A stretch of 64,000 nt of DNA, taken from the IMG/VR virus record IMGVR_UViG_3300025128_006668, positions 61,402-125,401 of that record; one strand, given 5' to 3'. Shown here piece after piece: positions 40,225-51,356 of the stretch (its first letter is position 1; every line of letters starts with the position of its first letter). This stretch comes from a virus. A program made the translations under genes and the position numbers. The notes below the pieces were generated by a model that saw nothing but the letters and a program-made list of their open reading frames with translations, had not been told where the DNA came from and made no database searches.

Positions 40225-41187
40225 TTAAGCCATAAATACTTCAAAACTTACCCTTACTGTACCTTGATGTAGTCTCTGGGTAAGAGATTGCATTTCTGTG
40301 ACCGAAATATCGGTAAATCTAGCCTTTTTGTACCTATACTGTTCAGTTTCTACTATGTCATCATAGTTTAATGGAGAAGTGGTTTTCATACCTCTGTAAT
40401 CAAGAGGGAATACTCCACTGTCTGCCAAAGTGTTGCTATTATACAGCCATATAGTGCTGTCTTTCTGCAGAGTAAGAATATCAACTATCTGGTTTCTCCA
40501 CCATCTGTCCTCTGCAAGAACGTGGAAGAGCATGTCTTGTTTTATAATTTGGGAAGTATTGCCCATTTGGTAGGGCTGCATCCGTCTACGAGAAACAGTT
40601 TCGACAACAACAGCAGGCATCTGGACTCTATGATTTGCCAGTATTCCCCATGAACCAGAGCCAGAAAGGAGATAACTAGGATCATCTACTCTAAGTGAAT
40701 CATACTGTAACTCGTCCCACCAAGGCGCTTGATCTGCTATGTAAGTCTGAACATTTCTATAACTGTACTCGGCCTGAACTGTGCTGGAGGTTGATATAGC
40801 TGAGTCAAACACCACTCTACCATTAGGATAGTCATAATGGTGTGAAAATGCACCTTCTCCAGTTGTCTTGTAAGAGCTATCCACATAGACTCCTGAAACT
40901 TGAACCGGATTGTATCCTGAATACGAAGTACCTGTTTCCCATACCCAATCCTTTCTTGAAGATTCCCATACTTGACCATCCGTATATGCAGGGTCTTGCA
41001 CTGCTCTCAATCTGTCAAATGTACCTCCCCACGCTCCAGAGGTAGGAATTGTTACATCGGTCCAGCCACCAATACCGAGCATGCCCCAATCTATATACCA
41101 TTTTAGATTCGACTCAAGCTCAGAATTGAGAAGACTATTACCAACTTCTGTTACTTTCTGAAATTTTGTATATGGAGGACAGCTCAT
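40225..41187 (-). CDS. tail terminator/neck protein
   Basis: Position upstream of the tail tube; MPAVVVE motif. Confidence 0.5.
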   Translation of the reverse strand: MSCPPYTKFQKVTEVGNSLLNSELESNLKWYIDWGMLGIGGWTDVTIPTSGAWGGTFDRLRAVQDPAYTDGQVWESSRKDWVWETGTSYSGYNPVQVSGVYVDSSYKTTGEGAFSHHYDYPNGRVVFDSAISTSSTVQAEYSYRNVQTYIADQAPWWDELQYDSLRVDDPSYLLSGSGSWGILANHRVQMPAVVVETVSRRRMQPYQMGNTSQIIKQDMLFHVLAEDRWWRNQIVDILTLQKDSTIWLYNSNTLADSGVFPLDYRGMKTTSPLNYDDIVETEQYRYKKARFTDISVTEMQSLTQRLHQGTVRVSFEVFMA

Positions 41188-41832
41188 TTAAAGTACCTTT
41201 GTTACTTCCCTTCTTACAATTACATCTATTTCATCTTGTATGTTTTCCAACGCCCTTGTAGCAAAATTATCATTTGCCGTGCCCTGTGCTTGTGCAGGCA
41301 CTTTCCAGCTTGCGTTCTCTCTTTTTACCATGATTCCTCCTTTAGTCCTTCCAAATCTAGAAGGCTTAAACGAGTAACTGTTGACTATAGGGCGGTCTCC
41401 TTCAAGAAGCAACCATCTTAGCCAAGGAAGAGAAACCCCTTTTTCTGTAGTAAAGTCAGCAGCCGGCAATGATAACGCCATACCGTAGTCTTTATCTACA
41501 AAATCAATTATAATACCCCCAAAGTCTGATAATGCTTTTACATAAGTGACTTCAATCGAATCAGCCCACAGCTCAATAATAGACGCGATCCTAGACGCTC
41601 CATCGGGAAGGCCTAGCTGTACTCTTAAAGGGCCTGAAGCTATAGACTGAACTTCTGGGGCAGTCATTAACCGATCCTGAACTAGTGTCTGGAGAGCAAA
41701 CTCTATTGACTCTGTTATTAGATTCATAGACGACATAAGCCTTTTGCTTATTTCTTTTTTAACGTCTTGCTCAAACTTCTTCTCCCATCCAGATTCTAGC
41801 CTAATTTCAAACATTAATTTGTTCTTCTCCAA
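41188..41832 (-). CDS. neck/tail completion protein
   Basis: Position; LPWLRWLL...GTANDNFATRA. Confidence 0.5.
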   Translation of the reverse strand: MEKNKLMFEIRLESGWEKKFEQDVKKEISKRLMSSMNLITESIEFALQTLVQDRLMTAPEVQSIASGPLRVQLGLPDGASRIASIIELWADSIEVTYVKALSDFGGIIIDFVDKDYGMALSLPAADFTTEKGVSLPWLRWLLLEGDRPIVNSYSFKPSRFGRTKGGIMVKRENASWKVPAQAQGTANDNFATRALENIQDEIDVIVRREVTKVL

Positions 41833-42341
41833 TTACAAAAGACGAACTCGTTATTACCAAAGCCTACTGGCTGTGGATCAGATATTCTTTCAAACTTATG
41901 ATGACCATAGTTCGATATATCTATAGATGTCTGAAGCTCCTTAGCTCTTTTTAGCTTAGGTGTCAATTCTTTTTTGGCAATCGTTTGGATTGTGCCGTCA
42001 GGATCATTTACGGAAACGCCCAAGTCCATAAACTGTGAATAATCATATATAACCCCAAGACTCACGTTCTCAGAAGATATAGTTGGCTTCTTACCTTGCC
42101 CGTGACATATAGGGCACATACCACCATTCCTAAAAGGAACAGGGCCTCCATGCTGATATCTATTTGATGATTTTTTGCCTATTGGGTCATACGTACAATT
42201 AACACAGTCTTCCCATTTGGTAACACCAAAGAAGAGCGTGCACTGAACAGTTAAGGCAGTGTCTTCTAGCAATGATCCGATAGCATTGTTAAACAGACTT
42301 TTCATTTCGTCTGTTATAATTCCGGAAAATGGATTAACCAT
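41814..42341 (-). CDS. head closure/stopper protein with Zn finger
   Basis: Position; CVNC...CPICHGQG. Confidence 0.5.
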   Translation of the reverse strand: MVNPFSGIITDEMKSLFNNAIGSLLEDTALTVQCTLFFGVTKWEDCVNCTYDPIGKKSSNRYQHGGPVPFRNGGMCPICHGQGKKPTISSENVSLGVIYDYSQFMDLGVSVNDPDGTIQTIAKKELTPKLKRAKELQTSIDISNYGHHKFERISDPQPVGFGNNEFVFCNWRRTN

Positions 42342-42351
42342 TGTTTACCTC

Positions 42352-42564
42352 TTAACTAGTGCAAGGAGGGCAACCTGTGAACATGTTTTCGTAAGTAGCA
42401 TTTATAGTTCCAGTAGTAGGAACAGAAGCCATTGTATCGTCTAAAGCTCCCCTTATAACATAATTGCTTGTACCCGCATCCGCAGGGGCTCCTTTTGGAC
42501 TTTGTACAACAATACTGCCGTTTTGGATAGGATTAGAACCGTCAACCTTATCTACTATAGCCAT
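42352..42564 (-). CDS. hypothetical protein
   Basis: ORF with AAAGG RBS. Confidence 0.5.
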   Translation of the reverse strand: MAIVDKVDGSNPIQNGSIVVQSPKGAPADAGTSNYVIRGALDDTMASVPTTGTINATYENMFTGCPPCTS

Positions 42565-42589
42565 TTTTATTTACCTTTATAAATTATTG

Positions 42590-43117
42590 TTAATCTCTTC
42601 CAATCTGAGGTGGTACATTACTACCGCCAGCATGACTCGTAGGGTCATAGTCGTTAGAGACAAATGGACTCATTAAGACCCTTATTATCTGCTTGCCTTT
42701 ATAACTAAAGTTATACTCATTTTTTAGTTCCTCGTATGTTTGACAAGGGCCTAAATTCAGTAACGCTCCGAGCTGCACACCATAACTACTAGTCTGTAAA
42801 GATGCCGGCCCAAGTCTAGCAGTAACACCTTGAAGAAGTGCTCTAGTTCTAAAGTTACCTGTATCAGCCATGCAAGCCGCCTTAAGAACAACCAGAGATA
42901 TAAAATCAATCCCGTCTAAGGATACAGTAGCAGGATCTGGAGTGACTGTTTCTAGTGTCACGTCTACAGTATAATCTGTAGCGAAATTTACTTCTACAGG
43001 CAGAAAGTATGCAGAAGTTGATAGTAGACTATTAAGTCTCGAATCCGTATACGTAGAACTAGAAGGGTCGTTAAGCATAGTTCTAAGCATAGTTCTTCCA
43101 ATTGTCTTCCAGCTCAT
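42590..43117 (-). CDS. head-tail adaptor
   Basis: First gene after the capsid; LRTMLND...YTDSRL. Confidence 0.55.
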   Translation of the reverse strand: MSWKTIGRTMLRTMLNDPSSSTYTDSRLNSLLSTSAYFLPVEVNFATDYTVDVTLETVTPDPATVSLDGIDFISLVVLKAACMADTGNFRTRALLQGVTARLGPASLQTSSYGVQLGALLNLGPCQTYEELKNEYNFSYKGKQIIRVLMSPFVSNDYDPTSHAGGSNVPPQIGRD

Positions 43118-43163
43118 ATTTGTCTCCTATAAAATAAAATGTTCTTCTAAAACAATATACACC

Positions 43164-43213
43164 AAAAAAAAGAGCCGCCTTAAGCAACCAATGGTCACAA
43201 AAAGCGGCTTTTT
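43164..43213 (-). terminator. terminator after major capsid gene
   Basis: AGCCGC...GCGGCT stem with inner GTGACC/GGTTGC pairing and a T7 tail on the minus strand. Confidence 0.7.
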
Positions 43214-43230
43214 GTTAGAAAAGATATATC

Positions 43231-44247
43231 TTAGAACGCGCCCAAGATTACTCTTCTATTGTCAAGAGCAGCAAAACCTTGCTCAGCCCAACCGTAGAAA
43301 CCAGCTCTTTTCTGACGATGCAATGTATCATCTTCAAAGATCTGAACTTCCTGTCGGATTGGCATAACAAAACTATCTTGATTTCTTTGATCAAGACCTA
43401 CAACGAACTGTTTCTTAGCTACTCCGGGATTCGGAAGTGTAGCCGTGAGGTCGTTCAGTAGGTAGTTCTGATATTCCTGACCTTCTCCGAGCTCATCAAG
43501 AGTATGAATGTTTACTTGGAAGATCCGACTCAAGAGTCCGCCTTCACGAGTAATCAATTCTCTTCTTGTGATATCATCGACTTCATCTACGCCCCAGTTT
43601 CTGATGTCTTCGACACCTTCTGGACTGATGTAGAGGTCAGTTAGTTCCCCTCGGTTAACCGAGGTGCTATTGCCGCCACCATTTCTTCTAACGATGGTTT
43701 TTAGCAAAGATACAAGTCTCTTAGAGAAGTATCCTGCCGATGCATCTGGATCATACACAGTGATATTACGATTTCTAGCTGCAGCCAGAATTGTATGCCA
43801 GCCATCGTCGTTCATCTTTTTGACAAACTGCGATTGCATAACATCCATTGCTCTGCCAACAACATCCCATCTTGCGTCCCTAGCATACTTAAGCAAGTAG
43901 TCAATTGAAGCGCCAACGTCATAAGTTGGGACCATTACATAGTCACCTTCTACATGTCGTTCTGGAATACGTCCGTGATTAGGGATGGTATAAGCGACAA
44001 ATTCTTTCTCAGTTCCGGGAGCAATGAAATCCAACGGGAATTCAGTACTAGCACCGGGCGCAAGGCGAATAGGTTCGAAAATACCATCGAGAATATCACC
44101 ACTTAAGACTCCTTTTCGGAGAGGAAGCTCTAGTGCTTTCGCAAGTTCAGCGGTTGCGCTTAGAGACTCTTCTCTGACCAATGAACCTGCTTGACGCAGT
44201 AGTTCATTCATCTCTGGAGTCGGTTCGAATAACTTTCTTGTAGTCAT
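43231..44247 (-). CDS. major capsid protein
   Basis: 338 aa after scaffold and decoration genes; GFYGWAEQGFAALD C-terminus typical of HK97-fold capsids. Confidence 0.85.
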   Translation of the reverse strand: MTTRKLFEPTPEMNELLRQAGSLVREESLSATAELAKALELPLRKGVLSGDILDGIFEPIRLAPGASTEFPLDFIAPGTEKEFVAYTIPNHGRIPERHVEGDYVMVPTYDVGASIDYLLKYARDARWDVVGRAMDVMQSQFVKKMNDDGWHTILAAARNRNITVYDPDASAGYFSKRLVSLLKTIVRRNGGGNSTSVNRGELTDLYISPEGVEDIRNWGVDEVDDITRRELITREGGLLSRIFQVNIHTLDELGEGQEYQNYLLNDLTATLPNPGVAKKQFVVGLDQRNQDSFVMPIRQEVQIFEDDTLHRQKRAGFYGWAEQGFAALDNRRVILGAF

Positions 44248-44265
44248 TTCTAATCTATCTCCTAT

Positions 44266-44730
44266 TTAAACGATGTTAATTTCGACTTTAACATACCCGT
44301 CTGCATCTTTAACAGAAAGGAATCTACCGATTTGAGTGGCGCCAGTATCTTGGTCAGGGGTAATAAGCCCGTTGGCCATAGGATAGGCTGGTGTGCCCGC
44401 AGCGATAGTGGCGGAAGGAGATCCTTCTACCATGTTAGTAACAACTGTACCACGACGAAGCAATAGGACTTTACCGCCCTTTTGAACTTCATCTTTGTGG
44501 AAATTAATGTGTTGACGAGTTAGATCAAGGTTAACTACGTCATTCAGTAACAGACCAGCAGGTAAATCACCGGAGCCCCCAGTGGCAACAATAACGGCAG
44601 CATTGCTATCGTCCATTGAGGCCCCAGAGCCAGCAGTGCTGTGGGTTACAACAACCCCTCTTTCACCTGTTTCGTTCATGAAAAAGCTGAGATCTGTTAG
44701 ATGTTCAACTCTATCTGGTTTAAGTGCCAT
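44266..44730 (-). CDS. capsid decoration/cement protein
   Basis: Immediately upstream of the capsid gene; PAGLLLNDV, IGRFLSVKDADG. Confidence 0.65.
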   Translation of the reverse strand: MALKPDRVEHLTDLSFFMNETGERGVVVTHSTAGSGASMDDSNAAVIVATGGSGDLPAGLLLNDVVNLDLTRQHINFHKDEVQKGGKVLLLRRGTVVTNMVEGSPSATIAAGTPAYPMANGLITPDQDTGATQIGRFLSVKDADGYVKVEINIV

Positions 44731-44744
44731 TTAAGTTCTCCCTC

Positions 44745-46358
44745 TTAATCTTCTGAGTTTAAAACATACGAATTCACCCAGCTCTGTAGGCCTGCACGAA
44801 CCGTCTCTGTTCCATCTTCAATATCGTCAGAAGGAACTGCTAAGTCCACTTCTTCTTCAACTGAAGCTGTCTCTAAGACTTCTTCATCAACCTCTTCGCT
44901 CGCTTCAGATTCTTCGACCTCTTTCTTCTTTTTCTTTTTGTCTTTATCGTCATGATATTTCATGCCGGACTCCAAGTTTTCTTCGGTCTCAGTTTCTTCA
45001 GCTTCGGTGGTAAAAGAATCGCTAGCTTCGTCAGCTTCTGAAACCGTTTTCAGTGCTGCAATAGTGCTAACAATATCTTGAAACTGTTCATCTGAAAGGG
45101 AAGCAAAAGTTTCCAGCTTAGAATCTACTTCATCTTCACTGATACCAGCTTCAATGAGACTAGATGCTCTGCTTTGTCTTTTCTTTTCCTCTTCCAAACT
45201 TGCGATAGCGTCTTCAGCTATCTTACGTGCTTCTGCCTCTTCAGCAACTTTAGACAACAAGTCTTCTTTCGCTGTATTGGCTTCTTCTAGATCAGCTTGA
45301 GCCGATGCTAAAGATTCAGAAAGAGCTTCAACTGTCTGATTAAGTTCAGCCAGCTCGCCTTCCATCTTCTCAACATTGGCATTTGAGAGTTTACTCAAAA
45401 GCTCTTTGTTTTCTTCTTGAACAGAAGAAAGAGCTTCCTTTAACTCCCTTACCTGATCATTTAAAAAGTCGTTGGACATAAGATTCTTCTCCTCTTGTGG
45501 TTCCACTTTAGAAAGAATTTCTTTTTCTACTTTAGATGATACACCATTTTGTTTAGAAAACAGGTTTTTTGCAACAGAAGCTCCAGCAAAATCAAAGATA
45601 TGACCACGATCAAAAATGACACTATCCGGATTAGCGGGCTTTTCAACAAAGCCTTTACCCGAGAAGGTGATATTTCTAAGCAGTCTACCTACCTTGTGAC
45701 CTTGGTACTCACCAGTACCTCCATACGCTCTTAAATGTCTTGATAAGAACGAGGTGTCTTCACTTCTAGCTATTATCTTATTCTCTTCGCTAGGTGTTCT
45801 AACAGCATAATCAAAGCCTCTAAAGATACACTCCATAGAGACAAACATATTCCCTTCTTCTATTTTTCTTATTAAGTCCTCTGCTCTAGCTTTATATTCA
45901 GGATCTTGCCACTGTCTGTATATAACAGAAGAAACCAGTATATGGTAATTGTCTGGTAGCTCATTGGCTTCTGTTGTTTCATTGATAAGTTTAAACTCAT
46001 CATCAACAGCCCAGCTACCTATAATTCCACCTACTATCTTTTTTTCGTCGTGCTCTAAATTTGCCGGTTTGAATTTAGGAGTATTCTTTGCTTCCCAAAT
46101 TTCACCTTTTGCAAAAACGTCATCATTTCTATTCCAAGAAGAAGTAACTAAAATAGAAAAGGTGTGATAAATATCTAAATCTTTTACCCCACCTTGAGCT
46201 AGCATATCTGACATCTTCAGCTTACATGAATTAAGTACTGAAGGTTTGAAGCTATCTGGCTCAAAAAGAGGCGATGCATAAGCTATGGAAGCTTGACTCT
46301 TTATTAGGTCACCTATTCCATCTGCTATCTCTGATTTGTATATTGCAATTTTGCTCAT
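44745..46358 (-). CDS. prohead protease fused to acidic coiled-coil scaffold
   Basis: NRNDD, NLEHD, VSMEC, FSGKGFVEKPAN motifs; Glu-rich C-terminal half. Confidence 0.8.
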   Translation of the reverse strand: MSKIAIYKSEIADGIGDLIKSQASIAYASPLFEPDSFKPSVLNSCKLKMSDMLAQGGVKDLDIYHTFSILVTSSWNRNDDVFAKGEIWEAKNTPKFKPANLEHDEKKIVGGIIGSWAVDDEFKLINETTEANELPDNYHILVSSVIYRQWQDPEYKARAEDLIRKIEEGNMFVSMECIFRGFDYAVRTPSEENKIIARSEDTSFLSRHLRAYGGTGEYQGHKVGRLLRNITFSGKGFVEKPANPDSVIFDRGHIFDFAGASVAKNLFSKQNGVSSKVEKEILSKVEPQEEKNLMSNDFLNDQVRELKEALSSVQEENKELLSKLSNANVEKMEGELAELNQTVEALSESLASAQADLEEANTAKEDLLSKVAEEAEARKIAEDAIASLEEEKKRQSRASSLIEAGISEDEVDSKLETFASLSDEQFQDIVSTIAALKTVSEADEASDSFTTEAEETETEENLESGMKYHDDKDKKKKKKEVEESEASEEVDEEVLETASVEEEVDLAVPSDDIEDGTETVRAGLQSWVNSYVLNSED

Positions 46359-46362
46359 TCAA

Positions 46363-46548
46363 TTATCTCCAAAAAGGAGGTTTTGGTTGTTCATTATTCT
46401 CAGCTGGTGCTTCGGCTGGTGCTTCCTCTGCCGACTCGTTAACAGGCGGAGCCTCAGGAGCTGGAGCTGGAGGTGAATCATTGCCACAATCAACACAATC
46501 ATCCGGGTCCGGGTATGTGTCCGGGGTAAGCTTTCTTACTACCGTCAT
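46363..46548 (-). CDS. small Pro/Glu-rich protein
   Basis: AGGAG RBS; CVDC followed by PAPAPE repeats. Confidence 0.5.
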   Translation of the reverse strand: MTVVRKLTPDTYPDPDDCVDCGNDSPPAPAPEAPPVNESAEEAPAEAPAENNEQPKPPFWR

Positions 46549-46591
46549 TTTTCTCTCCTTATAAAAAGTTTCGTCTAATTAAATACACCAT

Positions 46592-48766
46592 TTACTGGTT
46601 TTCTTTAAAGTTGGCATAGAAAGAAGCCTTCAGGCTTCTGATCTCTTCGATAGTTAGGCGTCTATCAGCATCTTTTGATGCTTGGAATATCCAAGATTCA
46701 CATTCTTTGTGAACAGAGCGAGCAATAGGGTCTGAGTTTATTGCTTCAGCTATTTGTTCGGCGCCAACTTCACAGTTGTAGTCTAAGTTACAGAGTATCT
46801 CGAATTTTAGCCTTTCAGCCATCGACTTCTCATCCCTACTTAAACTTCTAATATTCTTTTTATCAAACTGCTCTAGTATTGCAGGTTTCATAAATGCCGA
46901 TATCTTTTCCTGCGCTGACTTTGCCCATATCTCAATAGAGGCCTTCAGTGCAGGTTTAAACTGCCTTCGTTCTCTAGGAACAGAGTCTCGGGAATTCATA
47001 GGTCTACCTTGCGGTTCAGGAGAAGGAGCATCTGGTTCTGGCAACTTGGGGTTTTTAGAGTCTTTCTTTCTAAGCTCTAGAGCGCTCTTTTCTCCGTTTC
47101 TCTTATTCTTTAGATCAAGACCAACCTCAGAAGGAGAGGCAACTCCTGTCTGCAGTGCTATCTTCTCAAGGCTATGCTGCTTGTCAACTGAATGATATGG
47201 ACTTACTTTTTCCGACATAGAACCTCTTTGCCTCTTAGCGCCTTCTTTGTTTAGTCTATTCTGCTCAACAGTAGGTTTAGCTTTAACATTTCTTTGAACA
47301 AACTCATCACTGATAATATTTCTGTCAGCCAAGTTTATTAACAACTGCGTCATTGAAGCTGGATCTTCTAGATACATAAAATCAAACTCTATCTGTGCCG
47401 GAGCTCTAAATCCCATTGCTGCCTGCACTAACTTAATTTGATGGTTCCAAAATTCTACCAATATTTCACGAACATAATTAAGTCTTTCAGTAAGCGTTTT
47501 CAACGAGATAAAGTTATTCGTAGTACCGCTAGCCCCAAATGTCCCAGTCAGTGTCGGAGGTATTCCTAAGCATGAGTAGATAGACATTAGAGTGGGTCGG
47601 TATTTTTCGTCGCCCAAAAATCTCTGAACGTCCGATCCTGTCTCTAGTAGTTCAATATCAGGACCCCAAACGATATCCATTGTCCCACCACCAACATTAG
47701 AACCAAGTATACTACTTAACGCACTAGCGGCATTAGCTGTAGGCGCAAGCTTATGTTCTAAGTTACCTAGCTTCCATACTCTTATCTTGTTTACAGCTCC
47801 ATCAAGAGCAGCTTTATCAGCAAGTTTGAGCTTTTCATAAAGAATAAGGTCATCAAAGCAAGCGTATGTCATAGGATCAGCCCACTGCTGCCAATCATCC
47901 TTCTTGTAGTGATACACAAAGGTTTTCTCAGGAGGTAGTATAATAGACTTATTCGGCTGATTAATAAGATTTCTAAGTTCGGAGGGGATGCTATCAAGTA
48001 TAGCTCTATCGTCCTTGTTCGGGCTTTTATTAAGCTGATCTATATATCTCTTCAGGGTAGGAGGAAGCTTTATTTTGTATCTCTTTACTCCGGTAAGACT
48101 AGAAACAGGGCCTCCAACAACGTCTATATTCAATGGATCAAGAAAGATATACTGCCAAGGTATCTCGTTCTTTGAGAACCCATTGCTTTTTATAACGGCA
48201 GTCATATCTGCACCAGCAACAGAACGTTGCATCTCATCTCTTTTCTTTCTGTTTATCTTTGCAGTTTTCATTCTTACAGGAACATTTGCTTCTCTAAACA
48301 GCAGATTGCAGAATCTCTCTGAAACGAACTTGCCTTTGCATCTAGTGAACCAGTCGTTATAGAATCTTTCTATTCTAGGACTAGAATGAACAAGCCTAAC
48401 ACCCTGACATGCAAAGTCTCCCATGAGGTCGATTGCATTTCTTATTAAACCTATTCTTCTGTAAGCTCTTCTAGCAAAAGCCATAATCTCTTTGCTTTTC
48501 TGAGGAACTGCCTCAGTGGGGCGATAGGCATCGTAATCACTACCTCTAAGTCCGGGTCTTCCGCTTTGATAAGTAGTCAGCCCTGAGAAGTCTCTAGACC
48601 TTGAACCTAATGCAGCGCTAGCGAACTCTGGTATTGCTGAACTATAAGCCTGTATAGCCTCTCTACGTTCTGCAGCGTCTTCTGAAGCCCAACTTACATA
48701 GGACTCGCCTTCTGGTAAAATCGAACTTTTAGGGTATCTTTTGTCAACCAACTGTAAGCACTCCAA
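46592..48766 (-). CDS. portal protein
   Basis: Follows the terminase; IRNAIDLMGDF, CLGIPPTL motifs; start codon uncertain. Confidence 0.8.
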   Translation of the reverse strand: MECLQLVDKRYPKSSILPEGESYVSWASEDAAERREAIQAYSSAIPEFASAALGSRSRDFSGLTTYQSGRPGLRGSDYDAYRPTEAVPQKSKEIMAFARRAYRRIGLIRNAIDLMGDFACQGVRLVHSSPRIERFYNDWFTRCKGKFVSERFCNLLFREANVPVRMKTAKINRKKRDEMQRSVAGADMTAVIKSNGFSKNEIPWQYIFLDPLNIDVVGGPVSSLTGVKRYKIKLPPTLKRYIDQLNKSPNKDDRAILDSIPSELRNLINQPNKSIILPPEKTFVYHYKKDDWQQWADPMTYACFDDLILYEKLKLADKAALDGAVNKIRVWKLGNLEHKLAPTANAASALSSILGSNVGGGTMDIVWGPDIELLETGSDVQRFLGDEKYRPTLMSIYSCLGIPPTLTGTFGASGTTNNFISLKTLTERLNYVREILVEFWNHQIKLVQAAMGFRAPAQIEFDFMYLEDPASMTQLLINLADRNIISDEFVQRNVKAKPTVEQNRLNKEGAKRQRGSMSEKVSPYHSVDKQHSLEKIALQTGVASPSEVGLDLKNKRNGEKSALELRKKDSKNPKLPEPDAPSPEPQGRPMNSRDSVPRERRQFKPALKASIEIWAKSAQEKISAFMKPAILEQFDKKNIRSLSRDEKSMAERLKFEILCNLDYNCEVGAEQIAEAINSDPIARSVHKECESWIFQASKDADRRLTIEEIRSLKASFYANFKENQ

Positions 48767-48811
48767 TAGGTATTAAAATTATAGTAATGACTATTAACAT
48801 TTACACCAATA

Positions 48812-50899
48812 TTAATTATTTTTGTTTATAGCTCTGAACACAGAAGAGTCTATGCTCTGCGCCCATTCAGGACCTATGTACATCCCCTGCTGAGTAGTGG
48901 ATGGGGTGTCTGAACCAACCACCATCCCTATCGTATTATATGTCGGAGCCGGTAGAGCTCTGTGGATAGTTCTAGCTATCATATTAGCTATGACGATAGC
49001 ACTATAACGGTCTTTTCTCATTCTGCCCTTCTTACCTGTACCTAGCTTTATTTCGGGCGTAGACCATCTTTCTCGACCTGCATTTGTGACTGTCATAACA
49101 ATCGTAGATAGCTCATCTTTAAGTTCTTCGACTTCCATCACAGCGTCCTCAAGTGTGTCATAGAGCCTTAGAGCTGTGCTCTCTCCAATCTTTTCCTTGA
49201 TCTCTTTAAATGCGATCTTGTCCTTCTCTGTCATCAAGCTTAGAGTGAGAGTATCGAATCTGGGGAATAGTAAAACCTTATCCTCCAAGTCTTTTCTAAG
49301 CCCATGATTGGCCTGAGATGTCCACTTAGCACTAGCAAAGTTAACTAGATCTAAGATATGGTCACCTGCCATAGCGTCTGTATCTTTAGTTTTGCCATCT
49401 TCTATTATTTCATATATAGGTCTTTCGCCCGGTTTAAGCTTATCTAAGTCTCTTAAAGATTCAGCTATTGTGAAACCTCCCCCCTGAGAGTCTATTCCAA
49501 GTCTTACGCAAGGGAATGATCTCATTAGGTCTCTGATCTTTCGAGCGCAGAAAGAATAGTAATCATGCGCATCAGTAAGTCCTATCTTCTTTCGTCCAGC
49601 AAAATCCTTCTTGTTAGTTGTCCATCCGTATACAACCCTCTGATGCTCTGGGTGAAGCTCTAATACTACGACCGCAAAATTATCTTGTTCGGAAGCTGGG
49701 TCAACGCCTATAACATACCTTTTATTTGGATCTCCCTTTGTCATGACATCAAAGGCATCAGGACACCAATCGGGCCAGTTATGACCTCCTACATTTGAAT
49801 CGCTAGCAACGCAAGCATGTATCAAACTCCTTTTAAAGAAGCCTTGGCTATCAGACGTAAAACAAGCGCCATATTCCATTTGGTAAATGCCGTTATGCAT
49901 CGTAGCCCTAGAGCGAGCTACCTGCTGGTCATCCATAAAGCCTTCAGGTATAATTTCATAAGGTACTCTTATAATCGAAAAGGATTTCCAATTCAACCTT
50001 TTCATGTAGTCAGGTATCTCATCATCGCCTTCTTCCGATTCTTCCTTTGACTTATTCCTTGCCTTACCAGAGGTTCCCCTGTTTATTATTGTAGATTTAT
50101 ATTTTCTCCAATATTCAGCATATGGTTCAAAGTCATATCCAGCAGTTCCAGCTATGATAGACTGGTTAGCGGAGCGATCTTCATACTGAGATTCTTGAGC
50201 CTCATTCCAGACGCCCTGCTCTTTCATTTTCTTTCTTCTAGCTGCGTCCTTTACGTTCTGAGTAGGATTGCTAGAAACAGCAGCGAAACCAGCAACAACA
50301 GTCTCATAAATGTGAGTAGGGATAGAGTTAAATTCGTCGGCAATAATTGTATGTGCTCGTAAACCTCTAATCTTATTTCCATCACCCAGAGGAACAGCCA
50401 TGGCCCAACTATCATTGACCTTCATAGTGCAGCGGTCAACATCTCTTCTCGGCCCACTTGAATCTGTACAGATACTTTGTAAGATAGGGGCGTTTCTCCA
50501 AATGCTATCCATATATTCAAAGATAACCTTCGACTGCCTGAACGCAGCGCCTACGATGACTATCTTAGTTCCGGGCACAAGAGTTGTCTTAAGAAGACAA
50601 TATACCGAAAGCAGAAAAGACTTACCAAAACCACGAGATGCAATATACATAGGAAACGGTCGTCTCCAAAGCTCTCTAAGTATACATGTTTGTATTGGTA
50701 GTAGTTCTATGCCTAAGAGCGTCTTGACAGTCCAGTGAAAGTATTCTGGATCTCTCATTTTTTTAAGTACATATAAGTGGAAATCGTTCCTGTCTTTGTC
50801 GCTCAGGTTAGAGAGAGGCCTTTCTATTGAGCTGAGGTCATTCTCATCTAATCCTAACCAAGCATTCTCATATGCATTTATATCAATGTTGGAGTTCAT
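48812..50899 (-). CDS. terminase large subunit
   Basis: Walker A ASRGFGKS, Walker B IIADE, nuclease IGVDPA, C-terminal KDRYSA. Confidence 0.93.
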   Translation of the reverse strand: MNSNIDINAYENAWLGLDENDLSSIERPLSNLSDKDRNDFHLYVLKKMRDPEYFHWTVKTLLGIELLPIQTCILRELWRRPFPMYIASRGFGKSFLLSVYCLLKTTLVPGTKIVIVGAAFRQSKVIFEYMDSIWRNAPILQSICTDSSGPRRDVDRCTMKVNDSWAMAVPLGDGNKIRGLRAHTIIADEFNSIPTHIYETVVAGFAAVSSNPTQNVKDAARRKKMKEQGVWNEAQESQYEDRSANQSIIAGTAGYDFEPYAEYWRKYKSTIINRGTSGKARNKSKEESEEGDDEIPDYMKRLNWKSFSIIRVPYEIIPEGFMDDQQVARSRATMHNGIYQMEYGACFTSDSQGFFKRSLIHACVASDSNVGGHNWPDWCPDAFDVMTKGDPNKRYVIGVDPASEQDNFAVVVLELHPEHQRVVYGWTTNKKDFAGRKKIGLTDAHDYYSFCARKIRDLMRSFPCVRLGIDSQGGGFTIAESLRDLDKLKPGERPIYEIIEDGKTKDTDAMAGDHILDLVNFASAKWTSQANHGLRKDLEDKVLLFPRFDTLTLSLMTEKDKIAFKEIKEKIGESTALRLYDTLEDAVMEVEELKDELSTIVMTVTNAGRERWSTPEIKLGTGKKGRMRKDRYSAIVIANMIARTIHRALPAPTYNTIGMVVGSDTPSTTQQGMYIGPEWAQSIDSSVFRAINKNN

Positions 50900-51356
50900 G
50901 GACTTTCCTCATTATATAGAACGCAACTTCCTCGGCTCTCTTCTTGTCTCCACAAGCTATAACATGTATTCCATACTGAAGCCTAGCTGTAGAAATAACT
51001 CTATTGATGTACTTGCCCTTTATTTTTATACTGCTCCACTTTGACCTAGGAACACTAGAGCCCTCTGGATATCTTTCTATATCTGACCAGCTAAACTCTA
51101 AGATTAAAAAAGCATAAGGAAAAGTAGACATTCTCTCCAATTCTTTATGGAATCTTTTTTCGCTACAGTTTCCTGCTAACTCGGATACACTTTCTTTTCT
51201 CTCTATGCATAAGACGTGTTCCATCCCTTCAATAGCATAGTCACCTATCTCGACCTTGGCTTTAGTGGTTCCGGAACAATAAGCGTTCTCGTCATACCAC
51301 CAGCCATGGCCTTGTTTCTCCCTAGTGTCACGAATGACTTGAAATCTATTGCTCAT
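50883..51356 (-). CDS. ERCC4/XPF-family nuclease
   Basis: DTREK, GDY, CIERKES motifs. Confidence 0.85.
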   Translation of the reverse strand: MSNRFQVIRDTREKQGHGWWYDENAYCSGTTKAKVEIGDYAIEGMEHVLCIERKESVSELAGNCSEKRFHKELERMSTFPYAFLILEFSWSDIERYPEGSSVPRSKWSSIKIKGKYINRVISTARLQYGIHVIACGDKKRAEEVAFYIMRKVHELQH